This document shows positions 18,602 through 29,124 of a stretch of 64,000 nucleotides of DNA, in pieces. The stretch's first letter is position 1. Each line of letters starts with the position of its first letter. Origin of the DNA: a virus (Duplodnaviria; Caudoviricetes). The notes under the pieces were generated by a model, which saw only the letters and a list, made by a program, of their open reading frames with translations, searched no databases and had not been told where the DNA came from. Position numbers and translations under genes: made by a program. The stretch spans positions 946 through 64,945 of the IMG/VR virus record IMGVR_UViG_3300050821_000708; one strand, 5' to 3'.

Positions 18602-18745
18602 ATGAACGGTTGGGAAGTACTAGCGGCTCTGAGCGGACCGTTTCTTACGCTCGCTGCGCTCGGGGCAGGCTTGGCGTACACACATCACCATGACACACAC
18701 CCGAAAGGTCGACACTGTGACTTGCCGTGGGTTTCTGGAAACTAG
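18602..18745 (+). CDS. small membrane peptide
   Basis: RBS AAGGAG, MNGWEVLAALSGPFLTLAALGAGLAY..., ends in VSGN encoded by a 12-bp site. Confidence 0.55.
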   Translation: MNGWEVLAALSGPFLTLAALGAGLAYTHHHDTHPKGRHCDLPWVSGN

Positions 18746-18759
18746 CGATCTGAGCGTCA

Positions 18760-19095
18760 ACTAGGTCACCGTGGATGGGGTCATGGCCGATTTTGATGGG
18801 GCTCTGGTGAGCCTAGATCGGTGTACTGCCTAAACCGTGACACGCTCGCCAGTGGCCTTTTAGGCCGCTTGCGGTCACGATCCTATCCACCCTGTCAACC
18901 CATATGCGACAGTCGCATGTCAGTCATTTCACCAAAATACGTACTCGGGCCCGGTAGTCAGACGTAGGGCCGCAAGTCGGATCTCAGGTCCCCGAAGTTG
19001 TCGGCGGTGTGGTCGGGTGCTGCTGCGGAGTATCCTCGCCTCCCCCGCACCGCCGCTTCGCGGTCGATCCGTTCGCGGCCACCTCCATTCGGAGG
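18760..19095. ncRNA. putative structured non-coding element
   Basis: Nested stems GGCCGC/GCGGCC, CGGATC/GATCCG, CGAAG/CTTCG, CGGCGGTG/CACCGCCG (18968-19080) plus upstream hairpins; no convincing ORF. Confidence 0.4.
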
Positions 19096-19207
19096 CTGGC
19101 CTAATCGGCACAACGAAAGTCTAGCATGCTCTGTCAAGCATTCTGAGGCATGGTGGCACAGAGGCATAGGATGGTGTAGGGTGTCCAGTATGAAAGAAAA
19201 CGAACAC

Positions 19208-19582
19208 ATGACACAGATCCGTACCCGCGTACCGGATGACATCTACGACGCATTAGCGGCTCGCGCTACCTTGCACGGGACGTCTATCGCCGGTCACATT
19301 CGCGACGTGCTGACGGCCTCTGTCAAGGTCACACGTTCGCAGGCAAGCCAGTGGGACGACGCTGAACGTGCCCAGTGGATCGCATGGTCGGACGGTGTGT
19401 GCGCGGACAAAGACAAGCGGAATTGGAGAGCGCGTGTTGACTCCGTGCTGAGGGCTCAGGGCGTAGCGCTGCCACTACTCAAGGAGGGTGACGCGGACTC
19501 GATGATCGAATGGGCGTGCGCAGTGCACCCGCACACTCGGCTCAAGGGCAGCAAGATCGTTCCGCCGAGGTACAAGAAATGA
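19208..19582 (+). CDS. Arc/FitA-like RHH-domain protein
   Basis: MTQIRTRVPDDIYDALAARATLHGTSIAGHIRDVL. Confidence 0.7.
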   Translation: MTQIRTRVPDDIYDALAARATLHGTSIAGHIRDVLTASVKVTRSQASQWDDAERAQWIAWSDGVCADKDKRNWRARVDSVLRAQGVALPLLKEGDADSMIEWACAVHPHTRLKGSKIVPPRYKK

Positions 19583-19803
19583 GTGGCCTTCGGGGTGTGT
19601 GGTTGCAGGTGGATGAGGATGTGTACTTTGACCTGCTGATCGAGGCTGGTCAACGTCGCATGGCCATTGGAATGGTCCTACAAGAAAGACTGTTGGATCA
19701 GGGGTACGACTTCTTCAAACGCCCTGAACCGCCCAAGCCCGAGATTGACGACCTCGACGGACCACTCCCCGAGGGCTACGAGATCGACGAAGAGACTCTG
19801 TAG
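19579..19803 (+). CDS. small protein, possible RHH-like
   Basis: ATGA overlap; VWLQVDEDVYFDLLIEAGQRRMAIGMVLQERL. Confidence 0.55.
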   Translation: MSGLRGVWLQVDEDVYFDLLIEAGQRRMAIGMVLQERLLDQGYDFFKRPEPPKPEIDDLDGPLPEGYEIDEETL

Positions 19804-19859
19804 TTTCCAGAAACTCCACATGCGACGAATCGCATATCCAACAGAAAGTGAGTAGGACA

Positions 19860-20177
19860 ATGACCGTACGAGTTTCAAGCCGAGGCTACGAGGTGGCCGA
19901 GAAGATCCGTGACCGTGTTGGGTTCCAGACGCACGGCGCGCTCAACGGCGAGGAATGGCCGCTGGTCACTCGCTGGCACTCAGGCCGACTGGCCGGTGAT
20001 GACCTGCTGGCCTTCTACGCCACCATCGAGAACTCGGTGATCGACTACATCGTGTGGTCCTACAACACGCCCATTGCGTGGCACACCCCGGACGGTCAGT
20101 GGTACAAGGTCGCGCAGAAATTCTCACCGACCACGTCGGCACATCAGGGTCGGCTCTACTTGGCAGGTCAGTCGTGA
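19860..20177 (+). CDS. hypothetical protein
   Basis: YIVWSYNTPIAW...FSPTTSAHQ motif common in small phage proteins. Confidence 0.7.
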   Translation: MTVRVSSRGYEVAEKIRDRVGFQTHGALNGEEWPLVTRWHSGRLAGDDLLAFYATIENSVIDYIVWSYNTPIAWHTPDGQWYKVAQKFSPTTSAHQGRLYLAGQS

Positions 20178-22860
20178 GCAAGATCAAGTGCGCGCACTGT
20201 GGCGAGACGCGGCGTACGTGGTCTCTGTGGCGCGGGTTCGCCATCGTGCCGGGAGCAGACGTGCTCTGCTGCCTGCTGCCCGAGCGAGAGTTGTCTGGCA
20301 AGACCTACAACCGCGTACTCATGGAAATGGGGCAGTGACATGGCCGCTCAGGTGGCTCACTACGCCGATACAGACAGTCACGGCCATGTGTTCAGTGCGT
20401 GCAAGGGGGAGCGGGTGGCTCGAATGACGTCAATTCCCTCTCTCGTCACGTGCTTGGCCTGCAAGGAACTGGGGTTCGGGAAATGATCGGTTTGTGGATT
20501 CTCGTAGCACTCATGGTCGGTCTGGCCATGGGCTGGCTCATTGGCTACTGCCAGCGGGAGAATGACCTGATCGGACAGGTACGACACAGGAGTTTACTTG
20601 GGTTGGCCTCGCACCCTGAGACGGCCATGCGCGAGGACGAGGGTTGGTTCGGTCTGGAGGACGTGCGACGGTCGCATGCCACTGGCATCGACTCAACCCT
20701 GCTGTTTCCGGAAACCCCGTACAACGAGGCTGACTGGCCGGTGTATCCCGAATTTCCGTGCGCCCTGTGCGGCAAGGATGGGCACCGCGAGGCACAGTGT
20801 CCGGACAAGCGGCTTAAGGGTGTGCGACCGTCGCACATCTCAGAGTTGCTGGTGGTCCACAAAATGGTGACGCTCACCGAGGCAGGCAACATGTTATGCG
20901 GTGCTCCAGTAACCTTTGGCCCGGGAACGTTCTCAACGATCATTGATGACCTCGTGACCTGTATCGACTGCCGCACGCTGTTGCAGGAGGAGAACCATGA
21001 GTAAGCACCGGGCGGTAACCCCAGACTTTTCTTCGCAGGCCGACTGCAACGGTACGTGCATGGTGCCTTTCACGAACGACTTTCGGTGGCGAGAAAGGTT
21101 TTGCCCGAGGCACAAGCCGAACGGCTACGCCCGGTGGTCCGCCAAGCACAGAGGAGAGCCCCGTGCCAACCGCTGAGTGCCTCACCTTGCCCATGGACGT
21201 AGTGAGCCGCGCGGAGTTTCCCTACGCCGTAGCGCTGACCGATCAGTGGGGGATCACGACCTACGATCTGTTCAGTGACCGGCTCACGGCCAACCTCTGG
21301 TACGACATTGCCCGTGAGGTTCTCAGTGACCTGTCTGCGACTGCCGTCGCCATGTATGTGGCGCTTGACGCACGCGGTGAATGGGAGAACCACCCTGCGG
21401 TCCCCGGTTGGCGTAAGGTCGCTTTCTTCAATCTTCACTAGTTTCCAGAAACCGTATTCCCGAAGACACTGCTCAACAGATAGGAAAGACAGATGACGCA
21501 CAACAGGCATTACGAAGTGAAGTCGGTTCGCAACCAGCGGTCCAAGAATCGTCACTACTACTTCGCTCGCAAGGTCTCGCCGCTGCCCGGGTTGATGAAG
21601 GACCCGTGGCTGCCCATCAGTCGCGAGCAGTTCGACCGGATGCTCCGTGACGGAGCCATCGACGTGACCCCGAAGGAGGTCTGAGGCATGAACAACAAGA
21701 TCGTGACAGTGGCGAACTACGCGGACTACGACTACATCATTGTCAACGAGGTACGTTTCCGCGTGATGGGTTGCCCGGGTTCGTACACCGTGGACCTGTG
21801 GACGGGTACGGGTGTGTTCGGCTGGTCCGAGGTATTCGTGACCGACCACGACGAGGCAGAACAGGCCGCTGAGGCTGCCTTCCTGCTCCTCTACGGCCCC
21901 ATCGCGTACCCGAAGGAGGTCTGACATGCGACAGTCGCACGTTCTCCCTGTCCTGATCCTGTCCGCGCTGGGTGGTCTGATCGGTTACATGGTCGGCACC
22001 CGTCTGGACTGGCAGGGCACGGTCGGGTTCATCATCGGTGCAGTGTGGATGGGCGCAGTTCAAATGACAGTCCTGTGGCTGCTCCTGCGCAGGGAGAGTG
22101 AAGACAAATGACACTCACTGGCTTCTCGCTAGCCCTGTACCGCGTCGTCATGGTCGCGCTGGCATTCCTGCTCTGTCTGGCTCTGCTGGGCGCTCTGGCG
22201 CTGGTAAGGGGCTGGCTGTGAACGAGGATCTCGCGAACAAACTGGTGCGGTGCGGTCCATATGGTCAGGAGGTAGTGGCCAAGGGTGGATCAGGCGATGT
22301 CCACGCTCGCGGCAAGGTGATCGCCTACTCAATCAAGCCCCAAGTCCTGATCCTCACTGAGACAGGAGAGCGAATCTGGTGGCGCGTTGACATGACGGAG
22401 GTAGCCGAGTGAAGTGGTCCGTAGAGATCATGCGGTGTGAGAAGCAGCGTGTAGAGATCGAGGCTCCCACGGCTGCCGAGGCCGTGTTGCTTGCCGAAGA
22501 CGCTCACCCGGGTTGGGATGGCTCGCTGCACAACATCAAGGTTGTGGACAAGTGAACAGCGACCTGATCGTGTCGGCTTGGGTCCTGACTGGTGTCGTGG
22601 CTCTGGGCTGTGCCGCGTCGTTCGTGATCTGGGAAGTCCGTGACGGTGGTCTGACCCACCTTGCGCGTACGGCTCTGTTCCTAGCACGGTATGGTCGCAT
22701 TCCACGCTGGCTCAAGGCTCTGATCGTGTTCGGCTGCCTGCCGATCATCGGGCCGCTGGACGAGGTTGTCTTGCTGGTGGCTGGTGTGATTCTATGGATC
22801 GGCTACCGTGAACGGCTCAAGTGGGCGTGGGACTACACATCCAACGGTGGCCCGTCGTAA
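20174..22860 (+). other. cluster of about 12 tightly overlapping small hypothetical/membrane/Cys-rich ORFs
   Basis: e.g. 20174-20338, 20340-20486, 20483-21004, 20997-21176, 21163-21441, 21493-21684, 21688-21924, 21926-22111, 22218-22412, 22409-22555, 22552-22860 (DUF1232-like LPIIGPLDE); ATGA/GTGA overlaps and AGGAG RBSs. Confidence 0.6.
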
Positions 22861-23008
22861 GTTTCCAGAAACTGAGGTCACGCCATGGCTCATGTGCGAT
22901 CCGTCGCATATGGGCCGTGGGAGACGGCAGTCTCATACTAGGAAGGTGAGAATCATGTGATCTCCGCCATCAGGAAGTAGTCCGAAACTGGGGGTTGTGC
23001 AAACCTCC

Positions 23009-23175
23009 ATGTTGTAATACCGTGTAACCACAACTGAATACAGACGCAAGTAGGACGAACTGCTTGGCCCGAACGTCTGGGTTGATGTGTGCGAATCTTT
23101 ACTCCCTTTCAGTCGCATACATCTTCCGAGCCGCTCGGCTCAGTACCGAGTTTCTGGAAACACCAGACCGGCTAC
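23009..23175 (+). promoter_or_regulatory. promoter and multi-hairpin 5' leader
   Basis: ATGTTGTAATACCGT (23009-23023), then stems CAGACG/CGTCTG, GATGTGTGCGA/TCGCATACATC, CCGAGC/GCTCGG, TCTGG/CCAGA. Confidence 0.5.
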
Positions 23176-23198
23176 CTCACAGTAAGGAAAGAACCATC

Positions 23199-24008
23199 AT
23201 GGCAACTGCCACGAAGAACTGGACCGAACTCCTCTCGGAGTCCGCGACTCTCCTGAGTCGCTCGGTCAACGCAAGCAAGCGCGCTGGCGCTCTGCTCTGG
23301 GACGGTGCCAAGCAGGGCATCGAAGGCTGGGACACCGACAAGGACCCGTACGCCGAGGCGCTGGCCGCCGACGCGCTCGACGCTCTGGGCAAGGCCCGCA
23401 AGGGTGATGTGTCCAAGATCAAGACCGTCGCGCTCGCCGTGCGCAACGAGGGTCTGGACCTCTCGAACTTCGAGAACCTGTCGAAGGCCTACGCCGCCGC
23501 GCGCAACTTGACCCAGACGGTCAAGGCGCACAAGGCCGAGGACGACGCTGCCGAGGAGGCCGTCGCCGTCATCGCCACCGCTGCGCCGAAGTCCACCTCC
23601 ACTGCGGAGGGTGCGGCTCAGATCGTGCTCGCCAAGGGTGTGGACGAGGCTGCTCGTCTGATGCTCGACGCGCTCAACACGGCCAAGGACGCCGAGGGCA
23701 ACCCGGTCCAGAACCTCGCTGCGCACCGCTCGCTGATGCGGGCCATCGCGCAGGAGATCACGGGCCGCATCCCGAAGCCGGAGCCCAAGCCGAAGCGTGA
23801 GCCGAAGCCGAAGGGCGCGGCCAAGAAGGCTGGTGTCCGCAAGCCGGTCGCGAAGAAGGCTGTCGCGAAGAAGGCGGCTCCGGTGAAGGCCAAGCCGGTC
23901 GCCGCCAAGGACGCGACGGGTGGAATCGTGGCGCGTGCCGCGAAGGCAGCCGTGGCTCGCCCGAAGGCAAAGCCGGTCGTCAAGGCGAAGCCCGTATCGG
24001 CTGAGTGA
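23199..24008 (+). CDS. protein with histone H1/HupB-like Lys-Ala-Pro-rich C-terminal tail
   Basis: RBS AAGGAAAG; KPKREPKPKGAAKKAGVRKPVAKKAVAKKAAPVKAKPVAAK; very strong codon bias. Confidence 0.8.
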   Translation: MATATKNWTELLSESATLLSRSVNASKRAGALLWDGAKQGIEGWDTDKDPYAEALAADALDALGKARKGDVSKIKTVALAVRNEGLDLSNFENLSKAYAAARNLTQTVKAHKAEDDAAEEAVAVIATAAPKSTSTAEGAAQIVLAKGVDEAARLMLDALNTAKDAEGNPVQNLAAHRSLMRAIAQEITGRIPKPEPKPKREPKPKGAAKKAGVRKPVAKKAVAKKAAPVKAKPVAAKDATGGIVARAAKAAVARPKAKPVVKAKPVSAE

Positions 24009-24030
24009 CCCCGACCCGGGGGTAACGCAT

Positions 24031-24062
24031 CGGGCACATGTGCGATGAGTCGCATGTGCCCG
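24031..24062 (+). terminator. hairpin containing the TGCGA palindrome
   Basis: CGGGCACATG-TGCGATGAGTCG-CATGTGCCCG. Confidence 0.5.
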
Positions 24063-24146
24063 GTGTGAGTCTCCCGGCTCAGACCATAGTGTGTTACGAT
24101 ATTCCCTGTAGTAGCGCACCAAAAATCCAACAGATAGGACACATCT

Positions 24147-25214
24147 ATGAGCGACAACCTCTGGACGTCTACGACCGCTGACGACATCATGGGTCAGTCA
24201 GTCGCAAATCAATGGGGCGCTCCCATGACTCCCCCGAAGCCCAAGACAGGACGTAGCACCATGACGCAGACCACCGGCGATGACATCGAGAACGCGCTGG
24301 AACTGATCAACCAGAACGGCGGGCTCGGGCCGTGGGAGAAGGAGGAGTCGGAGCCGTTGACGCGCTACTTGTTCCCTCGGTTCCACGGGGCCAAGGACGA
24401 CGCCGACCAGTATCTCTCCCGCGCTGGTCTGGGCGAGAACGACACCGACGTCGAGACGATCATCTCGTGGCTGGAGGCACCGCGCAACATCGTCGGCGCA
24501 ACCCTGCTGCTCGGTGAGCCCGGGTCCGGCAAGACGGCCCTGATCGAGGCTGCCGTCACGCACATGGGCACGCCGAAGAAGCCGCGTCTGATGATGACGC
24601 ACCTCTGCACTCCCGACGACACCCGCGACTCCCTGTTCCTTCGGTTCGTCGGTGAGGGCAAGGGTGACAACGGCACCCCGTTCGTGATGGGTGTGGTCCC
24701 GAAGGCTGCCCTGCTCGGGGCCGTCCTCTACTTGGACGAGTTCATGCTGCTCCCCGATGGTGTCAAGCCGGTCCTGTACCAGTTGATGGACGGTCGGCGC
24801 TACCTCGCGGGTGGCAACGTAGACGGCTCGGATCTGGAGGTCCACAAGGACTTCCGCATCATCCTTTCCTCCAACCCGAGCGTGCGTGGTGCCTCGCTGC
24901 CTGAGCCGATTGGCTCCCGGTGCGCCAGCACGACGCTGACCGTGGAGACCAGCGCCTCAATGCTGCGCGATCTGGGCATTGACGACGCCATCGTGGCTGC
25001 GTGGGAGGCACTGGGCACGGCTGCTCTGTGGCGTCCCCAGATCCGTGAGGTCCGGCTGGCCGACTACTGGCTCAGCGTGGATGAGTCGCAGGCTGTGTCG
25101 GCCTTCCTGCCCGAGCACTGCCCCGAGTCCCAGCGTGACGCCATCCGTGCTCAGGTCGTCTCGTTCATCGGTGGCAACCACGTGCGGGCTGACGGTCGTC
25201 TGGTGGTGTCGTGA
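24147..25214 (+). CDS. MoxR/CobS-like AAA+ ATPase
   Basis: Walker A GEPGSGKT, Walker B VLYLDE, VHKDFRII.S.NP, LPEPIGSR. Confidence 0.85.
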   Translation: MSDNLWTSTTADDIMGQSVANQWGAPMTPPKPKTGRSTMTQTTGDDIENALELINQNGGLGPWEKEESEPLTRYLFPRFHGAKDDADQYLSRAGLGENDTDVETIISWLEAPRNIVGATLLLGEPGSGKTALIEAAVTHMGTPKKPRLMMTHLCTPDDTRDSLFLRFVGEGKGDNGTPFVMGVVPKAALLGAVLYLDEFMLLPDGVKPVLYQLMDGRRYLAGGNVDGSDLEVHKDFRIILSSNPSVRGASLPEPIGSRCASTTLTVETSASMLRDLGIDDAIVAAWEALGTAALWRPQIREVRLADYWLSVDESQAVSAFLPEHCPESQRDAIRAQVVSFIGGNHVRADGRLVVS

Positions 25215-26185
25215 TGAGTCGCCGTGCTTTGACGGTGTGGCTGCTGATCATTGGTTCGGTAGGTGAGTTCACCTCTGACCTCGCTCTCCGAGCCACCGGG
25301 TTGGATGGCACCCACGGGATCAACGCTCACTCCTACAACGTGACCTTCTCGCTGGTTCTGGGGACCGCGATGTTCATGATGATCACTTCGTATTTCGGAG
25401 GGGACTCCTGATGGGAAGGTGGATCGTCACCATCAACGTGGAGGCGGATTCCATGGAGGGCGCTTTCGAGTTCGCAAACGTCGCCTGTGAGATGGCTGGC
25501 GACGGTGTGACCGTGACGTCGTACGAAGTGGATCGCGGCTGATGTGGGTCGTCAAGAGCGGCGTGAAGGTTTGGGCAGGTGGTTCTTTCCCTGAGCCTCC
25601 TGAGCCAGCGCCTCAGCGCCGCGAGTACCACCCGTACAACCGCATGGAACTCAAGCCATGCGGCACCGAGGCCGGGGCGCGGCGTCATCACCGACGAGGC
25701 GAGGAAGTCTGCGAGCCCTGCAAGATCGCACGTAGCGAGGCAGAGAGTCGTCGCTACCGAGAAGCGAGAGGCGGACTGAGGACAGCGTGATGGCTGAGAC
25801 ATACCGCCCCGAACTGGCGCTCGCGAAGTTTCTGGAAACCATGTCAATCGACACGACTGGCACCGGGGCTCTCGTGATGGTGTGTACGAACTGCGAGGAA
25901 GCCGTCTGTGACGTGGAGCCGAACGACACCCTGCGTGTCCTGCTCAACACGGCGTTGGCTCACACCGACTGCGGTTCATAGCAACAACGTGCGACTGTCG
26001 CACATCCAACAGGAGATCCAACCATGGAGAACGATTACACCATTGACGATCTGATCGAGGAGGTCGAAGTGATCGAGGGGGAGAAAGATTTCCCCACGAA
26101 CCGAATCGACCTGATGAGTACTCGCCAGTTCATCGCGTACGTCGAGATGGAACTGGCCAACATCCAACAGAAAGCGAAACGATGA
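25211..26185 (+). other. five small ORFs between the ATPase and vWA genes
   Basis: 25211-25411 membrane, 25411-25542, 25542-25790 (PCGT.AG..RH.R.GE..C..C zinc motif), 25790-25981, 26024-26185. Confidence 0.6.
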
Positions 26186-28161
26186 CCAACCAGAATGACG
26201 CCGTTCAGGCTGAGACCGAAGCGGGCACCGACGAACTGGAATCCCTCAAGGCCCAGAAGGCTGCCAAGCCGAAGTACCCGCCGGTCAAGATCAGCGGCAC
26301 CGCTCACAAGCAACTGGCCTCCAAGTGGCGCTCATGGTCAGGCTGGCGGGACGCACGTATCGAGTTCAGCGACGACATCCACATGGACGACGGCATGTCC
26401 AAGACGGACATCGCATTCACAGACATGACCACGCACGTCTGCCACGTCAATGGCGCTGCTCTGGTGCGTAACCCGAACCGGGTGTTGGCCACGGTAAATC
26501 CGTTCCGCCTCAAGCCGGAGGCCGTGATGACCGGTGTGCTGCTGCACGAGGCTGGTCACGCTCGGTTCTCTCTGTGGCTGCCAGTGACCGAGGAAGCGGC
26601 CGAAGGGTGGGCACACGGTGACGGCTCTGCGATCACCGAGAAGGAGGTCGGGTTCGCTCGCCTGATGGAGGAGGCTCGGGTCGAGGGCAAGATCGGCAAG
26701 ATGGTGGACAAGATCGACGCCAAGGGTCTGGACTGGACCATGCGCGCGGCAGCGGCTCACCTCCTGCCGATGACCAAGGTGTCGGACAACGACGCTCAGG
26801 CCGTCATGGACGTGATTGGCTCATGGGTCAAGCGCGCTGGTCGCCTCAAGGCGCTCGGGCAAACTGCCGTATGGGTCAACAACTTCGACAACTTCTTGGC
26901 TGAGACGATCAACGAGTGGCTGACGGCTGAGCAGATTCGTGGACAGGTGACGGGTGGTCAGCCCATCGACCCTGACGCCGATACGGACCTGATTGTCCAG
27001 TACCTCAACGCCATGATCATGTGTCAGGACGACACCGGTCCGACCATGATCGACTACGCCAAGAATGTGCTTGATCTGCTCTACCGAAATCAGGACGACG
27101 ACCAGCGACCCGACCCCAACAGTGGCATGTGCGCGGCTTTGGCTGGTGATGAGGCAAGCGGTGAAGGCGATGGCGAGCAGGGAGATGGCGACGCGGACGG
27201 CAACAGTGTCGCTCAACTCGTCATCCAGACGCTGGAGCAGTCCTCAGAGCAGGAAGCCCAGCAGGCGCTGGCTGATGGAACCGACCCAGCGAACCAAGCG
27301 CCCACTGACGACGCACCCGCGCAGTCTGGCGCTGGAGGCGGAGCGGGCCGTGGAAAGCCCAGCCACCAGCCCAAGTGGCGCAACCCCACCCCGGCTGAAC
27401 GGGAACTCCAGCGGGGCGCTGAGCGCTTCCTGCGGTCCCTGATCGCACCGACCGAGACGACCAAGGTCTCCCTGTCCGACTCACCTTCGGCCATGGTGGA
27501 CCCGGTGGCCTACTCGGCGTGGAAGGCTGGTGGCATGGTGCGCTCCCCGCACTTCTTCAAGCGAGTCAAGCGCACGGTGGACGCTGCGCCTCCGGTGAAG
27601 ATCGCGATTCTGGTGGACATCAGCGGCTCGATGGACGTGTTGCAGGAGCCCTCGGCTGTCCTGTCGTGGGCTCTGTCGGCGGCAGCGTTGGACCTGTCCA
27701 ACTTCGCCGGTCGTGGTCAGCAGATCGAGGCATGCATGATTCACTGGGGTGACTCGGTGAAGGTGGTGCAGGAGGTCGGCCAGTATGCACCGGGCATCAG
27801 CACCGCTCCGTGTCGTGAGGGCACCTCTGCCATGCACGGGGCGATGAAGATGATCGAGGAGCAGATCCCCGACTTCTACATCCCGAGCGAGCGAGCCAAC
27901 CGGCTGATCGTCCAGTTCACCGACTGGGAGTTGGACTACTACACCGTGGGCAAGTCCGAGGAGATGGTGCTGGCTGCCATGGCCAGCGGTATCAACATGC
28001 TCACGGTGGCTCCGTACAGTCACAAGCACGCGCTGGGTGAGTACGAGAAGAAGATGGCGCTGGGCTTCTATCCGGGTGACTCCTCGTTCATCGTCTACGA
28101 CAAGCGCTCACCCGGGCGCGTCTGGGAGCAGGCCGCCGCTGCTCTGATGGATGTGCACTGA
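26182..28161 (+). CDS. metallopeptidase-like (HExxH) + vWA domain protein (CobT-like)
   Basis: LLHEAGH, MEEARVE, acidic linker, MIDAS ILVDISGSM, EGT, QFTD. Confidence 0.85.
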   Translation: MTNQNDAVQAETEAGTDELESLKAQKAAKPKYPPVKISGTAHKQLASKWRSWSGWRDARIEFSDDIHMDDGMSKTDIAFTDMTTHVCHVNGAALVRNPNRVLATVNPFRLKPEAVMTGVLLHEAGHARFSLWLPVTEEAAEGWAHGDGSAITEKEVGFARLMEEARVEGKIGKMVDKIDAKGLDWTMRAAAAHLLPMTKVSDNDAQAVMDVIGSWVKRAGRLKALGQTAVWVNNFDNFLAETINEWLTAEQIRGQVTGGQPIDPDADTDLIVQYLNAMIMCQDDTGPTMIDYAKNVLDLLYRNQDDDQRPDPNSGMCAALAGDEASGEGDGEQGDGDADGNSVAQLVIQTLEQSSEQEAQQALADGTDPANQAPTDDAPAQSGAGGGAGRGKPSHQPKWRNPTPAERELQRGAERFLRSLIAPTETTKVSLSDSPSAMVDPVAYSAWKAGGMVRSPHFFKRVKRTVDAAPPVKIAILVDISGSMDVLQEPSAVLSWALSAAALDLSNFAGRGQQIEACMIHWGDSVKVVQEVGQYAPGISTAPCREGTSAMHGAMKMIEEQIPDFYIPSERANRLIVQFTDWELDYYTVGKSEEMVLAAMASGINMLTVAPYSHKHALGEYEKKMALGFYPGDSSFIVYDKRSPGRVWEQAAAALMDVH

Positions 28162-28221
28162 TATGCGACCGTCGCACAAGGTCGAAACAAGCACAGTTTC
28201 TGGAAACCGAAAGGACCAACG

Positions 28222-28482
28222 ATGAGCCTCGTGATTCAGAACGAGATCACCACGACGCTGCTGACCGATCCGTTCGGTGTCCCGCTGATCGAAGATATGG
28301 AGGAGCCCCACTGTGGTTCCATCCTCATGGTCGGCGGCTGGTACGGCACCGCGTGGCAGCGTATGTTCGCTGACGGCCAGTGGCACCCCAGTCGGGGTGG
28401 TACTCCGCGCAAGTTCAAGCAGTTGCTCAAGCGCCGCAACGTCATCCTGATCTACGAGGCAAAGGAGAGGGTTGATGGCTAA
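28222..28482 (+). CDS. hypothetical protein
   Basis: RBS GAAAGGA; 86-aa ORF. Confidence 0.65.
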   Translation: MSLVIQNEITTTLLTDPFGVPLIEDMEEPHCGSILMVGGWYGTAWQRMFADGQWHPSRGGTPRKFKQLLKRRNVILIYEAKERVDG

Positions 28483-28578
28483 GTGGTTCTGCCCCGGCTG
28501 TCGGGTGCGCCAGCCTGCCAACGACGAGGTGTCTGACACGTTCAAGGCGTGTCCCAAGCGCTGTGGGTGGCGACGGTA

Positions 28579-29124
28579 ATGCCTGCTTGTCGTCAGTGTG
28601 GCGTTGTCCTCTCTGGCCCAGCGGATTTGAGCGCGCTCTGCGCCTCGTGTAGGGAGCAGCAGAGTCTCAGACTGGCTCAGATCGCGCCAGTGGCACCGAA
28701 AGACACCAATCCGGACTTGGGTGCCCTCGACTCGATGGTGCAGTTGACGAGCGCTGAGGTCGAGGGTGTTCGGAAGTTCTTCAAAGCCCTCAAGAGTGGC
28801 GTCTACATCAAGTGTGTCGGGTGTGGGAAGTTCAAGTTCGATCCAGAGACCTCGGTGATAGTGGACGGAAAGGTTTACTGTGACGAATGTGAGCCTCCTG
28901 TGGTATCTACTACGGCTCCGGGTGGCTTGCTACTTCCTCGCAAACCGACACGGCAAGCAACGCAGGATCAAGTGGACGTAACGGCACGGATTCAAGAGGC
29001 GATTTCAAAGGGTGTAATGACCCACAAGGATTTCGCAGATCAGATGGGTCTGCTGGCTGACAGAATCAACACCGCATCGGTGTCGATGAGCAAGGTGGAA
29101 CAAGCGATGAGGAAGAAGCCATGA
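28579..29124 (+). CDS. hypothetical protein with CxxC pairs
   Basis: CRQC..CASC and CVGC..CDEC. Confidence 0.55.
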   Translation: MPACRQCGVVLSGPADLSALCASCREQQSLRLAQIAPVAPKDTNPDLGALDSMVQLTSAEVEGVRKFFKALKSGVYIKCVGCGKFKFDPETSVIVDGKVYCDECEPPVVSTTAPGGLLLPRKPTRQATQDQVDVTARIQEAISKGVMTHKDFADQMGLLADRINTASVSMSKVEQAMRKKP

